Virus record (IMG/VR): IMGVR_UViG_3300006163_000001
Direction: 5' to 3' (one strand)
DNA length: 64,000 nucleotides
Source: a virus
Of this stretch, positions 43,175-52,269 are shown one piece after another (position 1 is the stretch's first letter; each line of letters begins with the position of its first letter). The notes under the pieces were generated by a model, which saw nothing but the letters and a program-made list of their open reading frames with translations, ran no database searches and was not told the DNA's origin. The position numbers and the translations under genes are program-made.

Positions 43175-43552
43175 CTACATGGCCTGATGCACGGCGATTT
43201 CGATTCCGGTGACCAGGTCGTCGGCGTTCGCATCCAGCGCGGGGCCAAGGTGTGGCAGCGGTGCGTTCTTGCTGGTGCCGTACTCGATGATGTTTCCGAG
43301 CGGCCCCTGCGCCCGACCCTTGTCCGGGCCGATCTCGCCCTCGACGCCTACAGGCGTGACCTTGACGTCGTAGGTGATGGAGTTCGGGTAGGCGGGCAGG
43401 TACTTGTGGCCCCTGATGCGACTACGGGCGTCGTCCCGCACCTTCTGGCTGGTGACCTTCACAGCCTTCGCGGCATTCGCCCTCAGCCGCTCCGCGAAGG
43501 CCCCAAGGTCGTCCACGACCACGGTGAGTCCAATCACGTCAACGCCCGCCAT
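43175..43552 (-). CDS. HK97 gp10-like tail-completion/head-tail joining protein
   Basis: ATG at 43552 (TAATG overlap). Contains PLGNIIEYGTSKNAPLPHLGPAL. Confidence 0.55.
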   Translation of the reverse strand: MAGVDVIGLTVVVDDLGAFAERLRANAAKAVKVTSQKVRDDARSRIRGHKYLPAYPNSITYDVKVTPVGVEGEIGPDKGRAQGPLGNIIEYGTSKNAPLPHLGPALDANADDLVTGIEIAVHQAM

Positions 43553-43812
43553 TACGACTCCCTCCGGAACACACTGACCTTCAGGCCGTCGGTTTTGCCA
43601 CCGTCCTCCTGGTGCGCCGCCACCCGCCGGGCCCCGGCGAGGCAGGCATGGCATTTCGTGATCGACGCGTCGTAGGCGTACTCGTTGTCCGCATGCGTCG
43701 TCTCGGCCAGCGGATGCCCGCAGTCCCCACACAGCCCCGACTCGGCCTCCATCAGCGCCATCGCCCACCAGCGATCCTCCGGCAGCCACAACGGCTCACC
43801 AGGAACAGGCAT
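43552..43812 (-). CDS. T segment of the tail assembly chaperone (reached by -1 frameshift), with CxxC...CxxC
   Basis: In the -1 frame relative to 43905..44381, open all the way back to the slippery site, and with no RBS before its own ATG. Confidence 0.55.
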   Translation of the reverse strand: MPVPGEPLWLPEDRWWAMALMEAESGLCGDCGHPLAETTHADNEYAYDASITKCHACLAGARRVAAHQEDGGKTDGLKVSVFRRES

Positions 43813-43904
43813 CGGACGACCGAGAAGGATGCTGCGCGGAATCCCCCAGGCTCGCGCCGCCTCAACCTCCCGCCGGTACGGGAGCCGCGAATCCCGCAGG
43901 CGGG

Positions 43905-44381
43905 CTACGAGAAAGGGACCGGCGACGGCTCCTCGTTCACCGCCAGCGCCGCAGCGAACAGCATCCGCGCCGTCCCGTCGTTCACCACATCCAGCAGCCG
44001 GTCCACCTGCGCCGGCGTCAGCGACGGCTCGATGCAGCAGGTGGCCAGCACCGCTGGCAGGAACGTCCCCGCGTCATACGGCTCTTTCGAGCCCTCAGGT
44101 GCGGGATGGGCGGCGATCAGGTTGCTGTAGCCGCGGTGGCCCAGTGCCCGGAATCGGAACTCGACGGACTCCTCGCGCACCCGCTTCCGGGCCGCGTCGA
44201 TGCGCTCCTGCAGTTCGAACGCAGGGTTTGCCTCGCCAAGCGACGTGGGCTGCCACTCCCCCAACTGCCCCAACTCTTCTTCCAGCGCCTCCAGTTCGGC
44301 GCCCGCGTCGCCCGCAAGACACACCTTGACGGTGACCTCACGAGGCGACGCCCCTGCCAAGAGCTCCGAAATATCCGGCAT
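43905..44381 (-). CDS. Tail assembly chaperone (G form)
   Basis: Acidic 158-aa ORF immediately after the tail tube gene. A slippery heptamer sits 2 codons before its stop. Confidence 0.7.
   Translation of the reverse strand: MPDISELLAGASPREVTVKVCLAGDAGAELEALEEELGQLGEWQPTSLGEANPAFELQERIDAARKRVREESVEFRFRALGHRGYSNLIAAHPAPEGSKEPYDAGTFLPAVLATCCIEPSLTPAQVDRLLDVVNDGTARMLFAAALAVNEEPSPVPFS
43911..43917 (-). other. Programmed -1 frameshift slippery heptamer C_CCU_UUC
   Basis: Zero-frame codons are GTC CCT TTC TCG TAG. The -1 frame runs 33 sense codons into the ORF at 43552..43812. Confidence 0.6.
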
Positions 44382-44860
44382 CAGGCGACGACAGCCCGCG
44401 TCGCCGGGTCGCTGGTGACCTTCATCGGCGACATGAACTTGTTGACCTCATTCGCCGCCGGGGCGATGTTCTGCGCCTCGCCCGCGGTCACCGGGTAGAC
44501 CTCGCACTTGTCGCCGGTGGCGTAGGCGGTCGTGTACGCGGTACCGCGGCGCACCACCAGGTAGCCGGACGCCCCGTACACCAGCGTCGTGAACGGCTGA
44601 TCCTCGATCGTCGTCGAGCCGCGCTTGAACGTCAGCTCGACGGTGTAGGCGCGGCGGCCGGGCTGGTTGGTCGTGAACGTCGAACCGAGCGAACTGGTGT
44701 CGACATCCGCGGTGGACGGGTCGGTCTTCAACCCGTCGGGGGTGATCCGCAGCGTCCAGTCGGAGCCACCGTTGAGCTCCGTCGCCGTAGGCGCGTTGAT
44801 GTTCGCGATGGAACCCACCCAGCTCACCTTGGTGTTGCCATCGCTGATCAGGTCAGACAT
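44381..44860 (-). CDS. Major tail (tail tube) protein
   Basis: 159 aa, upstream of the chaperone pair, with beta-rich composition and a strong RBS (GAGGAGGG). Confidence 0.65.
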   Translation of the reverse strand: MSDLISDGNTKVSWVGSIANINAPTATELNGGSDWTLRITPDGLKTDPSTADVDTSSLGSTFTTNQPGRRAYTVELTFKRGSTTIEDQPFTTLVYGASGYLVVRRGTAYTTAYATGDKCEVYPVTAGEAQNIAPAANEVNKFMSPMKVTSDPATRAVVA

Positions 44861-44878
44861 GAACCCTCCTCAGGGCAC

Positions 44879-44902
44879 AAAAAAAGCCCCGAGCAGCGGG
44901 GC
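44879..44902 (-). terminator. Canonical intrinsic terminator (GCCCCG-CUGCU-CGGGGC-U7) on the coding strand
   Basis: The only 7-nt T run noticed in the late operon. It lies between the 44924 stop and the 44860 start. Confidence 0.6.
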
Positions 44903-44923
44903 GGACGAGAGACGGGGCGGAGG

Positions 44924-45253
44924 TCAGATGCGCACGGCGGCGACGGTCACCGACGTCGTCGACGAGTAGGTGACGGCAGCCAGGCCGTCCGAGACGCCGG
45001 CGAACAGATCCTGCGTGATCGGACCGATCATCATGTCGCCGTTGGTCGCGGGGACGGTGACGACGACGTCGGCGGCGGCCTGCCCGCGGACCTTCGCCGT
45101 CGAGGACAGGGTGACGGTCATCGAACTGCCCGCCGTGTTCTTCACGTGGAGGAAGGTCCGCTCACCACACACGATCTTCGTGGATGCGGCGGCGGCACCG
45201 TAGGTCACGCCGAGGCCGGCGAGATTGATGACCTGCGTCGTCAGGGTTGCCAT
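44924..45253 (-). CDS. Structural-module protein of unknown function (109 aa)
   Basis: Clean ORF. Confidence 0.55.
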   Translation of the reverse strand: MATLTTQVINLAGLGVTYGAAAASTKIVCGERTFLHVKNTAGSSMTVTLSSTAKVRGQAAADVVVTVPATNGDMMIGPITQDLFAGVSDGLAAVTYSSTTSVTVAAVRI

Positions 45254-45264
45254 CGGGGAACTCC

Positions 45265-45675
45265 TTACTGGGGGATGGAGCGCAGCCGGTACCGGGCTAC
45301 GGCGTAGTAGTTGGGGGGAGTTACATCGTCGTCGCGCTGTACCGGCTGCCCGTCGAGGAACTCCGGCTTCCAGGACACGCGCCCAGCAACGGAGAGCCTC
45401 ACAGCGAGTGCCGCCATGGCCCGGTCCGATACGGATGCCGCCTGCTCGGCGGTGAGACCGACACAGGTGAGCTGCACCTCGCCGGCGAAGTCGACGAGGT
45501 CATCGCCGAGCGAAGCGGCCACCGCCCTGCCCGGGGTCGGATACAGCACCGCATACGGCTGGGTGGCCGTAGGCGCGATGCCCGGAGGCGCCCCGCCGAA
45601 GTAGACGGTCAGCCCTGCATCCGTAAGGGCGCCGGTGACCGCATCAATGTGCGGCAGAACCGCGGGAATCGTCAC
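45265..45675 (-). CDS. Tail terminator/tail completion-like protein
   Basis: 136 aa. Its position and pattern are typical of siphovirus tail terminators. Confidence 0.5.
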   Translation of the reverse strand: MTIPAVLPHIDAVTGALTDAGLTVYFGGAPPGIAPTATQPYAVLYPTPGRAVAASLGDDLVDFAGEVQLTCVGLTAEQAASVSDRAMAALAVRLSVAGRVSWKPEFLDGQPVQRDDDVTPPNYYAVARYRLRSIPQ

Positions 45676-45688
45676 AGGCGCACCCCCG

Positions 45689-46099
45689 TCACGTGATGCC
45701 TTCGACGGTGATCCGCCACGCCGTCGCCGTACTGCTGAAGTCGACGGCCATCACCGCGAACAGCTGATTTACGAGCCGGGTGTCGCCGGACGCGGTGATA
45801 GTGACCGTGTCGCCGACCTGCAAGTCATCCGTGGCCAGGGAGGCAAACGGCAGCGCCAACTCGTAGCGGGCCACCACTGTCAGCCGCTCCCCCGCCTCCT
45901 GGTTCCTGGGGACGCGCTGAGTCTTCAACCGGCAGGCACCCGAATACAGCACCGTCGAAGTCCCCGGCGTGAGAACGCTGGTGGTGCGGTTGAGGGTCGG
46001 CGTCCCGGGCCGGCTGATGGTGCACGAGTCCACCATCAACTGTTCGTGCGCGAGGCGACCCGCGGCGAGCAGCGGCTGGATGTCGATGGCCGTCATCAC
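45689..46099 (-). CDS. Head closure / head-tail joining protein
   Basis: 136 aa, positioned after the connector. Confidence 0.5.
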   Translation of the reverse strand: MMTAIDIQPLLAAGRLAHEQLMVDSCTISRPGTPTLNRTTSVLTPGTSTVLYSGACRLKTQRVPRNQEAGERLTVVARYELALPFASLATDDLQVGDTVTITASGDTRLVNQLFAVMAVDFSSTATAWRITVEGIT

Positions 46100-46725
46100 G
46101 TCACCGGGGCCACAGAGAATGAGCCGCCGCGATACTGCCGCAGCGCTTCCTTGTGCTCTGCGGTCAGCAGTGCGCCGCCGATGGTCTCGGAGGCGAACAC
46201 GCGCTGATAGTCGTCGATCGACTCGCTGCGCAAGCCCTGCGGGTTCGTCATGTTCATCTGCGCCAGATCCAGCACGATGTCGACGACATCGTCCGGGACT
46301 TCGGTGTAGCCATGGCTATAGGTGACCCGGACCCGCTGTGCCCAGATGCCCTGCGGGCGCAGCCACGGCCAGCCCATCAGCCGGGTCGGAGCCCACCACT
46401 GCTCCCCGCGGGTCAGCTCGGTGCCGAGCCGCGTGAAGTCCCGGCCCTCCAAGGCCGTGTACTCCTCGTTGCTGATCCCGAACAGCTCGACGATCGTCAG
46501 CGGATGCATGCCGTCGACGACGACAGGCCGCTGCGGCAGCCGGAGAATCCGGCTGCCGCCAGGAAGAGTGACCGTCTCGTTCTCCACCAGCGTGAACTGC
46601 TGGCGGCAGTGCTTGCGGACCCGCGCGGACGCCCGGCGAATCGCCATCGCCGCCTGCGCAGGGTCCAGCGTCCGCTGCAAGGCCGCCTCAAGGTCCGCCT
46701 GAGTGGCCAGAGGGGTCGGGGACAT
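46096..46725 (-). CDS. Head-tail connector (adaptor) protein
   Basis: 209 aa with an ATGA overlap, downstream of the capsid gene. Confidence 0.55.
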   Translation of the reverse strand: MSPTPLATQADLEAALQRTLDPAQAAMAIRRASARVRKHCRQQFTLVENETVTLPGGSRILRLPQRPVVVDGMHPLTIVELFGISNEEYTALEGRDFTRLGTELTRGEQWWAPTRLMGWPWLRPQGIWAQRVRVTYSHGYTEVPDDVVDIVLDLAQMNMTNPQGLRSESIDDYQRVFASETIGGALLTAEHKEALRQYRGGSFSVAPVT

Positions 46726-46735
46726 GCGGGCCCCC

Positions 46736-47107
46736 TTACTTCTCGGCGCCGGCTATCGCCGTCAGCCGCTTCACGACCGTCGAACGCGGCTTGTCCTTCG
46801 CCTGCTCCGCCTGCAGCGCCGCGGCGGCGCGGGCCGGGTCGTCGTTCACCCACGCCATGAGGTCGTCGATGGTGCCGTCCACCGGCGGCTCGTCGCCGTC
46901 GCCCGGGGACTCCGGCCTAGGGGCTTCGGCGGGCGCCTCCGGCTCCGGCTCGAGTTCCGGGTCAGCCTCCAGCACCTCCACCGTGCCCTCGGGCGTGTTG
47001 TCGGTGAGGTGGCGGGCGAGGTCGCCGAAGAACTCCTCACCCTCCTTGAACTCCTGCACGGCGTAGTTCCAGTAGCCCTTCGCCGCCTTCAGCATGCGCA
47101 CGCGCAT
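46736..47107 (-). CDS. Acidic capsid-associated protein (123 aa)
   Basis: ATG at 47107 after AAGGAGGAG, with an acidic Pro/Glu-rich centre. Confidence 0.55.
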   Translation of the reverse strand: MRVRMLKAAKGYWNYAVQEFKEGEEFFGDLARHLTDNTPEGTVEVLEADPELEPEPEAPAEAPRPESPGDGDEPPVDGTIDDLMAWVNDDPARAAAALQAEQAKDKPRSTVVKRLTAIAGAEK

Positions 47108-47126
47108 GTGCTCCTCCTTCAGAAGG

Positions 47127-47166
47127 CCCGTCGGCGCGGGCGGACAGGGTTGCCCGCACCGACGGG
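47127..47166 (-). terminator. Long hairpin after the major capsid gene
   Basis: CCCGTCGG(C)GCGGGC...GCCCGC(A)CCGACGGG. Confidence 0.5.
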
Positions 47167-47174
47167 AGACGGTG

Positions 47175-48509
47175 TCAGGCGTGCTCGATGACGCAGCCGC
47201 GCTTGAACAGCGCCGCATCGCCAGAGCCCGCATCGGACGGAACACCGAAGTCGCCCACCCACGACCAGGTCGTGGAGATGACCTGCTGCAGACGGTCCTG
47301 CGGCGGACGCACCAGCAGGGTGACGTCCACGCCAGGCGCGGCATTGATGGTGCGGATCTCCGGCACGTCCTCGACGCCGGTACCGGCGATGAGGTTGCCG
47401 GTGCCCTCCAGCGGCGAGTTCATCAGCGCGTTCGCACCGAGCACGATCGGCCGGTGAACCGTCAGCGTGCCCGCCGAGCCGCCCAGGATGGTCGGCGCCT
47501 CGATGTTGCGGACCCAGTCGATGCCGCCGAACCGGCCGATCGACAGATCCCGGAAGATCGGGGAATCGACACGGCCCTGCAGAGCCTGCTTGAAGTCGGC
47601 GTCCGAGAACAGCTCGGCCTCCGTGTCCGCATCGATGTGCGCCACGTAGTAGCCGCCCGGCAGAGTCGGAACGTTCATCTTCCGCAGCCGCGCCACCGCG
47701 CTACGGAAGTTCGCGAACGTCACTGTGTTCGACGACGACAGGTCGTAGGCCGAGTTGCCGGTCGCCCGGATCGAGGTGGGAGCGTTCGCCGCCACCACGG
47801 AGTCGCCGACCACGTCCGCGCGGGCCGTACCCAGCGTCAGCGTGCCCGGCGTACCCGGGGTGACACCGACCACAGTGTTCGCCGAGCCGGCAATGCTGAC
47901 GGTGAGCGGGTTCGCACCCGACACCGGCGTCGGAACGCCGTTGACCAGCACGTTCTCGAAGCCGTTCGTCGACTGCACGATGATCGAGGTGTCCGAGGAT
48001 CCGGCCGTGGTGCACCAGGTCCGGCCACCCGCGTAGGCGGTGTACAGCTTGTTCCGCGCCACCTGGTTGACGGTCTGGCCCGCGTTGATGCCCAGCGTCG
48101 CCGCATCCGACAGGAACTTGTTCGCCAGCGCCAGCGCGCTGCCCAGCATGTTCGTGTCCATGCTGTTGCTGTACTGGTCCATCACGACAGACCACTGCTC
48201 GAGACTGTAGGTCGCCGCCGACGGATCCGAGCCGGTCACCGGCGTGGTCACCGGCGCCAGCAGCCCCTTGCGGGTGAACGTCTTCTTATCGCCCAGCCCG
48301 CCCATCCAGGGCTCGCTGTCGGCGATCTGCGGGAACAGGAACTGCGGCACGAGCGCGTCACGGAAGACACGGTCGAGCATGCCGTTCTGCAGCATCGCCT
48401 GGAGCGCTGCAGGAAGGGACGACCGGACACCAGCGTGCCGGTCGAGGTGGAACCACGGCCGCGGGGCGCGGTTGAGCCGCGGGCGAACCGCGGACATGGT
48501 GGGGGTCAT
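47175..48509 (-). CDS. Major capsid protein (444 aa)
   Basis: Position after the scaffold/Prp genes, size, a strong RBS (AGGAG) and a hairpin downstream. Confidence 0.85.
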   Translation of the reverse strand: MTPTMSAVRPRLNRAPRPWFHLDRHAGVRSSLPAALQAMLQNGMLDRVFRDALVPQFLFPQIADSEPWMGGLGDKKTFTRKGLLAPVTTPVTGSDPSAATYSLEQWSVVMDQYSNSMDTNMLGSALALANKFLSDAATLGINAGQTVNQVARNKLYTAYAGGRTWCTTAGSSDTSIIVQSTNGFENVLVNGVPTPVSGANPLTVSIAGSANTVVGVTPGTPGTLTLGTARADVVGDSVVAANAPTSIRATGNSAYDLSSSNTVTFANFRSAVARLRKMNVPTLPGGYYVAHIDADTEAELFSDADFKQALQGRVDSPIFRDLSIGRFGGIDWVRNIEAPTILGGSAGTLTVHRPIVLGANALMNSPLEGTGNLIAGTGVEDVPEIRTINAAPGVDVTLLVRPPQDRLQQVISTTWSWVGDFGVPSDAGSGDAALFKRGCVIEHA

Positions 48510-48512
48510 TCG

Positions 48513-48701
48513 TCACTCCTCAGTGATCTCTACGGACACGTCGTCCGGGAATTGCTGCGCGACCTGCTCCAGGCCCAGCAGCGCGGTTTGGGTGATGGCC
48601 GACACGGCAGCGCAGACGCGACCCCCAGCGGCAAGCTCGTCGTGACCAGTCACCTCAATCGAGGTGCGCCCGTCGCCCAACCGGGCGCGAATCCTGATCA
48701 C
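48513..48701 (-). CDS. Minimal Prp-like cysteine protease (62 aa)
   Basis: VTGHDELAAGGRVCAAVSAITQTALLGL...FPDDVSVEI matches the Prp GH...VCAxxSA His/Cys dyad region. It lacks the middle roughly 45 aa of canonical Prp. Confidence 0.6.
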   Translation of the reverse strand: MIRIRARLGDGRTSIEVTGHDELAAGGRVCAAVSAITQTALLGLEQVAQQFPDDVSVEITEE

Positions 48702-49474
48702 TAGAAGCGCTTCCGGAAGCCGATCTTCGCCAGCTCGGCCTGCACGTCCTCCTCCGACGCAGTGCGGAAGTCGACCTTGGCGCTCCCGCCACGCGAGCCC
48801 TGGCCCGGATCGGGCTTCAGCTTCTGCTTCTTCACCTCGGGCTCCACCTCAGCCACCGGCTCCGGCATCGCCCAGTGCGGCTTGCGCTCCAGCAGATCCG
48901 CAAGGTCGGCCTCAATCGCGTCGGTGTCGATCTCGCCGTCGGCGTCGACGTACTTGCTGGGGTCGCGCATCAGCACGTCGATGGCGTCCGAGGTGTCGGC
49001 GAACGTGTCGCTCGCCGCGACCTTGATCTCGGACCGCACCGAGCGGGCGACCGCGCTGGCCGCCTGCTTCTCTGAGCGCTCGGCCTTCGCCTGAGCCTTC
49101 TCCAGCTCCGATTTGTCGCGATCCTCGAACTCAGCCACCTTGCGGGCCAGTTCAGCGGCCTTCCGGCGCTCCTCCGCAGCCGACTTCTTCGCCGCAGCAG
49201 CTTCCTTCTTTGCCGCAGCACGCTCGGCCTTCATGCGGTCGAGAGCCCGCTTGCCCTCATCGCCGAGCTTGTCGGCGCCCTCCGGATCGGCGTCGGCGTC
49301 GTCTTCTTCGACGGCGTCGGCCAGGAGCTCCTCGGCCTCAGAGTCCTCGTCTGCGCCCTCGGTCGACTCATCGACCTCGGGGGCTCCGTCGCCGTCGCCC
49401 TCTTCGCCGTCGTGGCGGTGCAGGTTGAACCAGGTGGCTCCGATTGCCGGAACCTTCATCTCGTTGGTGGACAT
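48701..49474 (-). CDS. Scaffolding protein
   Basis: ATG at 49474. Highly charged Ala/Glu/Lys helical protein between the MuF and capsid genes. Confidence 0.75.
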   Translation of the reverse strand: MSTNEMKVPAIGATWFNLHRHDGEEGDGDGAPEVDESTEGADEDSEAEELLADAVEEDDADADPEGADKLGDEGKRALDRMKAERAAAKKEAAAAKKSAAEERRKAAELARKVAEFEDRDKSELEKAQAKAERSEKQAASAVARSVRSEIKVAASDTFADTSDAIDVLMRDPSKYVDADGEIDTDAIEADLADLLERKPHWAMPEPVAEVEPEVKKQKLKPDPGQGSRGGSAKVDFRTASEEDVQAELAKIGFRKRF

Positions 49475-49544
49475 TGCGTCCGCCCCTTCGTGTGCATGCG
49501 AAAGGGGCCCCATTGCGAGGCCCCTGCGAGTTCTTCGATCTCGG

Positions 49545-49814
49545 TCAGCCCTTCAGAGAGCCGTCCGCGTTCCAGGAGTCAGGCACGGCATCCAGGGCGC
49601 CCAGCGCCTTCGCCCGCGCCAGGATGAACCGGCGCACCTTGGCGCGCGCCTCCTCAGTGTTGGGGCGCACGCGTCCAACCGCGAGGATTGCCCGATCCAA
49701 GTCGGCCCGGTTTTCGATCTGGAAGCGCCCCGGCCGGTCCTGCCCGGGGGCGGGCATCGCCTTGCCCTGCTTCACCAGCTGCCGCATCTGCTTGGCCGGC
49801 ACGGACTGCGCCAT
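49545..49814 (-). CDS. Hypothetical head-module protein (89 aa)
   Basis: Clean ORF. Confidence 0.55.
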   Translation of the reverse strand: MAQSVPAKQMRQLVKQGKAMPAPGQDRPGRFQIENRADLDRAILAVGRVRPNTEEARAKVRRFILARAKALGALDAVPDSWNADGSLKG

Positions 49815-49825
49815 GTGTTCCTCCC

Positions 49826-50863
49826 CTACGACAAGTACCCAAAGCGCTTGAGCAAGCGGAGCAACTCGTCACGGTCCTCGGACAGGCGCAGGATCTCGCC
49901 CGGCGTCAGGCGCGGCGTCCGCAGATGAAAACGGGGCAGACCCTGCTCGACGTCGGCGCCCGTGCGGGCAAACCGCTGCCCGGTGCGCTGCTCCGCCTCA
50001 CGGCGCATCTGCTGGTAGAACTCGCCGCGCCGCGTGGTGCCTTCGAGCGTGGCGGCGACCTTCTGCCCGTAGGCGTCCAGCGTCTGCACGCCACGACTCG
50101 CGTTCACGACCTTGTAGATGTCCGCGCCGTTCCGGATCGCCTCCGCGCCACCGATCGTGAACCGGCGATCCTGCTCCGCGCGCGAGAGGTTGCTGAAGAA
50201 CGACATCGGGCTCAGGTGTCGGCCTGGATTGGCCTCCGTCGCGGGCCGGCCATAACACTGGCAGCGTTTATGACGTTGGAAGTCGGCGTTGTACCGATAC
50301 CAGCGCCCGGCGAGGATCACGCACCTCGAGCACGCGCCCGCCCGGACCACCCTCACGTAGCCGGTCACCTTACGGTTCGCGACCATCGCCACCCCAGCCG
50401 CGCCCCGGCCCGCATCGGCGACCTCCGACACCGCCATCCGCAGCAGATCCGCCTGCCCGGCAAGCATCGCCTCCTGCAACGTCAGACCATTGCCGATCAA
50501 CGTCTTCGTGCGGATCACCGGCAGATACAGCAGGCTGTCCAACGGTCGGCCATCCGAAGCCACCCCGGAAAACTCCCGCGGGCTGACCCGCGTGGCGCCC
50601 TCGCTGTAGTCGTTATGGAGCCCATCCGCGCGCACCATCGCCTCGATGTACGGCTGCCCGGTGCTCGCAGCCGCAAGCTGACCGGCCGCTACCGCCCGCA
50701 CCATCGCCGACCCCAGACCATGCAGCCACGACCGCGACAGATCCTGACCCTGAAGCCGCTTCCACAGCTTCTCCAACGTCACCGTCGTCTGGATGACGGC
50801 CCGCTGCTGAGCCCGCCCGTAGGCGTCCACAACGTCCTGGTGCGCCTGCGTCTGGACGGCCAC
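49826..50863 (-). CDS. MuF/SPP1 gp7-like head morphogenesis protein
   Basis: 345 aa after the portal gene, with a CSRC...HKRCQC Zn-type motif typical of actinophage MuF-like proteins. Confidence 0.75.
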   Translation of the reverse strand: MAVQTQAHQDVVDAYGRAQQRAVIQTTVTLEKLWKRLQGQDLSRSWLHGLGSAMVRAVAAGQLAAASTGQPYIEAMVRADGLHNDYSEGATRVSPREFSGVASDGRPLDSLLYLPVIRTKTLIGNGLTLQEAMLAGQADLLRMAVSEVADAGRGAAGVAMVANRKVTGYVRVVRAGACSRCVILAGRWYRYNADFQRHKRCQCYGRPATEANPGRHLSPMSFFSNLSRAEQDRRFTIGGAEAIRNGADIYKVVNASRGVQTLDAYGQKVAATLEGTTRRGEFYQQMRREAEQRTGQRFARTGADVEQGLPRFHLRTPRLTPGEILRLSEDRDELLRLLKRFGYLS

Positions 50864-50865
50864 GA

Positions 50866-52254
50866 TCAGCCACCGACAGGAGGCGCCTCGACGGGCTGCG
50901 GCTCAGGCTGCACCGTCGACAGCTGATGCAGGTCCATCGCTGTCATCCGGGTCAGGGCATCGTCCTGCATGCCCCGCATCCGGTCCCGCTGCACCGCCGA
51001 GTAGCCGAGGTCTTCCCACGCCTGCTCCGTCGGCAGAATCCCCGACGCGTGCAGCTTCACCACCGCGTCGGCCTTCTGCGCGAACGTCGGCGTCGACGGA
51101 TCCCGCCACACCGTCTCCAGCTTCCGGGTCCGAGGATCCAACTCGCCGTCCCGCACCAGGAGAACGAGCCGCATCACCCGCTCCCACGCCTCACCGAACG
51201 CCCGCTGACGCCGCTCCGCACGCTTCACCAAACGGGCCTCCGACGCACGGATCGCATCCGCAGACGGCGGCTGATCCGTCGCCAGACCGAGGAACGCCGG
51301 CGGCAGACCCGTCAGGGCGGCCACCAGACGCGCCAACACGTTGATCGTCTCGTGGAAGTTGGAGAGCTGAGCCTCAGGGAACTGCCCGAACTTCACCTCG
51401 GTGCTCTCGTTCGCCCACAAGCGGCCCGCCAGCGACGACATGGCACCCAGCGGCTGCCCGTTCTCGTCGGCAAAATCGTCCCGGGACATGCCCGTCGCCC
51501 ACCGGCGCGGCATCGCGTGAAACTCCGCACTGACCATCATGTCCGAGGCGATCTTGCAGGCGGCATCCGAAATCGGAATCACCGACCGCAACTCCGACGT
51601 GCCATCCAGATGCCGCAGCCGCGGCCGATTCGCCAACGGCACCACCAGCACCTGACCCAGATCGTGCTCATCCCGGTCAACCTCGACCCAAGCACCCTTC
51701 TGCTGCTCGAACGTGCACCGCATGGCGGGCAGATAAAGCTGCGCCCACTTCACCGGCGCCACCCCGGCCGCGGCCGGCTCATCCCAGCGCTTCACCGCAG
51801 CCGTCACCTGACGCGTCCGCGGATCCCGCTCAGCGAACACCTCCAGGGCGGATTCCGCAGTGACGATTGGAGTCGACTCGTCGTCCTCGTTCGCTCCGAC
51901 GATCACATACGACCGCTTCAACGCCAGCGCGTCTACGTGGGCCTGCTGGGAGCCCTCATCCATGTCCGAGGCCTGCCACACCGACCACAAGTCGTCAGCC
52001 GTCGTCTCCGAGTCCGCGTACCGGAACCCCTCCACATCCAGCCGCTCATCCAGAGCATCCACGACCAGCTGCGGCCAGTTGATGACCAACTGCCGCATCC
52101 GATCCGACAACTCCGACTGAATCTCCGGCGCCAGATACGACAGCGGCTGCGTGCCCTCGTAGTACGAATCCATCAACCTGAGCTGCGGCAAATCGGAGTC
52201 ATGCGCCGCAATCAGCCGCTTCAACCAGCCTTCGGGCTCCAAATCGAGGGCCAC
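50866..52254 (-). CDS. Portal protein
   Basis: 462 aa between TerL and MuF, in SPP1-type portal order. Confidence 0.88.
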   Translation of the reverse strand: MALDLEPEGWLKRLIAAHDSDLPQLRLMDSYYEGTQPLSYLAPEIQSELSDRMRQLVINWPQLVVDALDERLDVEGFRYADSETTADDLWSVWQASDMDEGSQQAHVDALALKRSYVIVGANEDDESTPIVTAESALEVFAERDPRTRQVTAAVKRWDEPAAAGVAPVKWAQLYLPAMRCTFEQQKGAWVEVDRDEHDLGQVLVVPLANRPRLRHLDGTSELRSVIPISDAACKIASDMMVSAEFHAMPRRWATGMSRDDFADENGQPLGAMSSLAGRLWANESTEVKFGQFPEAQLSNFHETINVLARLVAALTGLPPAFLGLATDQPPSADAIRASEARLVKRAERRQRAFGEAWERVMRLVLLVRDGELDPRTRKLETVWRDPSTPTFAQKADAVVKLHASGILPTEQAWEDLGYSAVQRDRMRGMQDDALTRMTAMDLHQLSTVQPEPQPVEAPPVGG

Positions 52255-52269
52255 AAGTCACCCCCGTCA

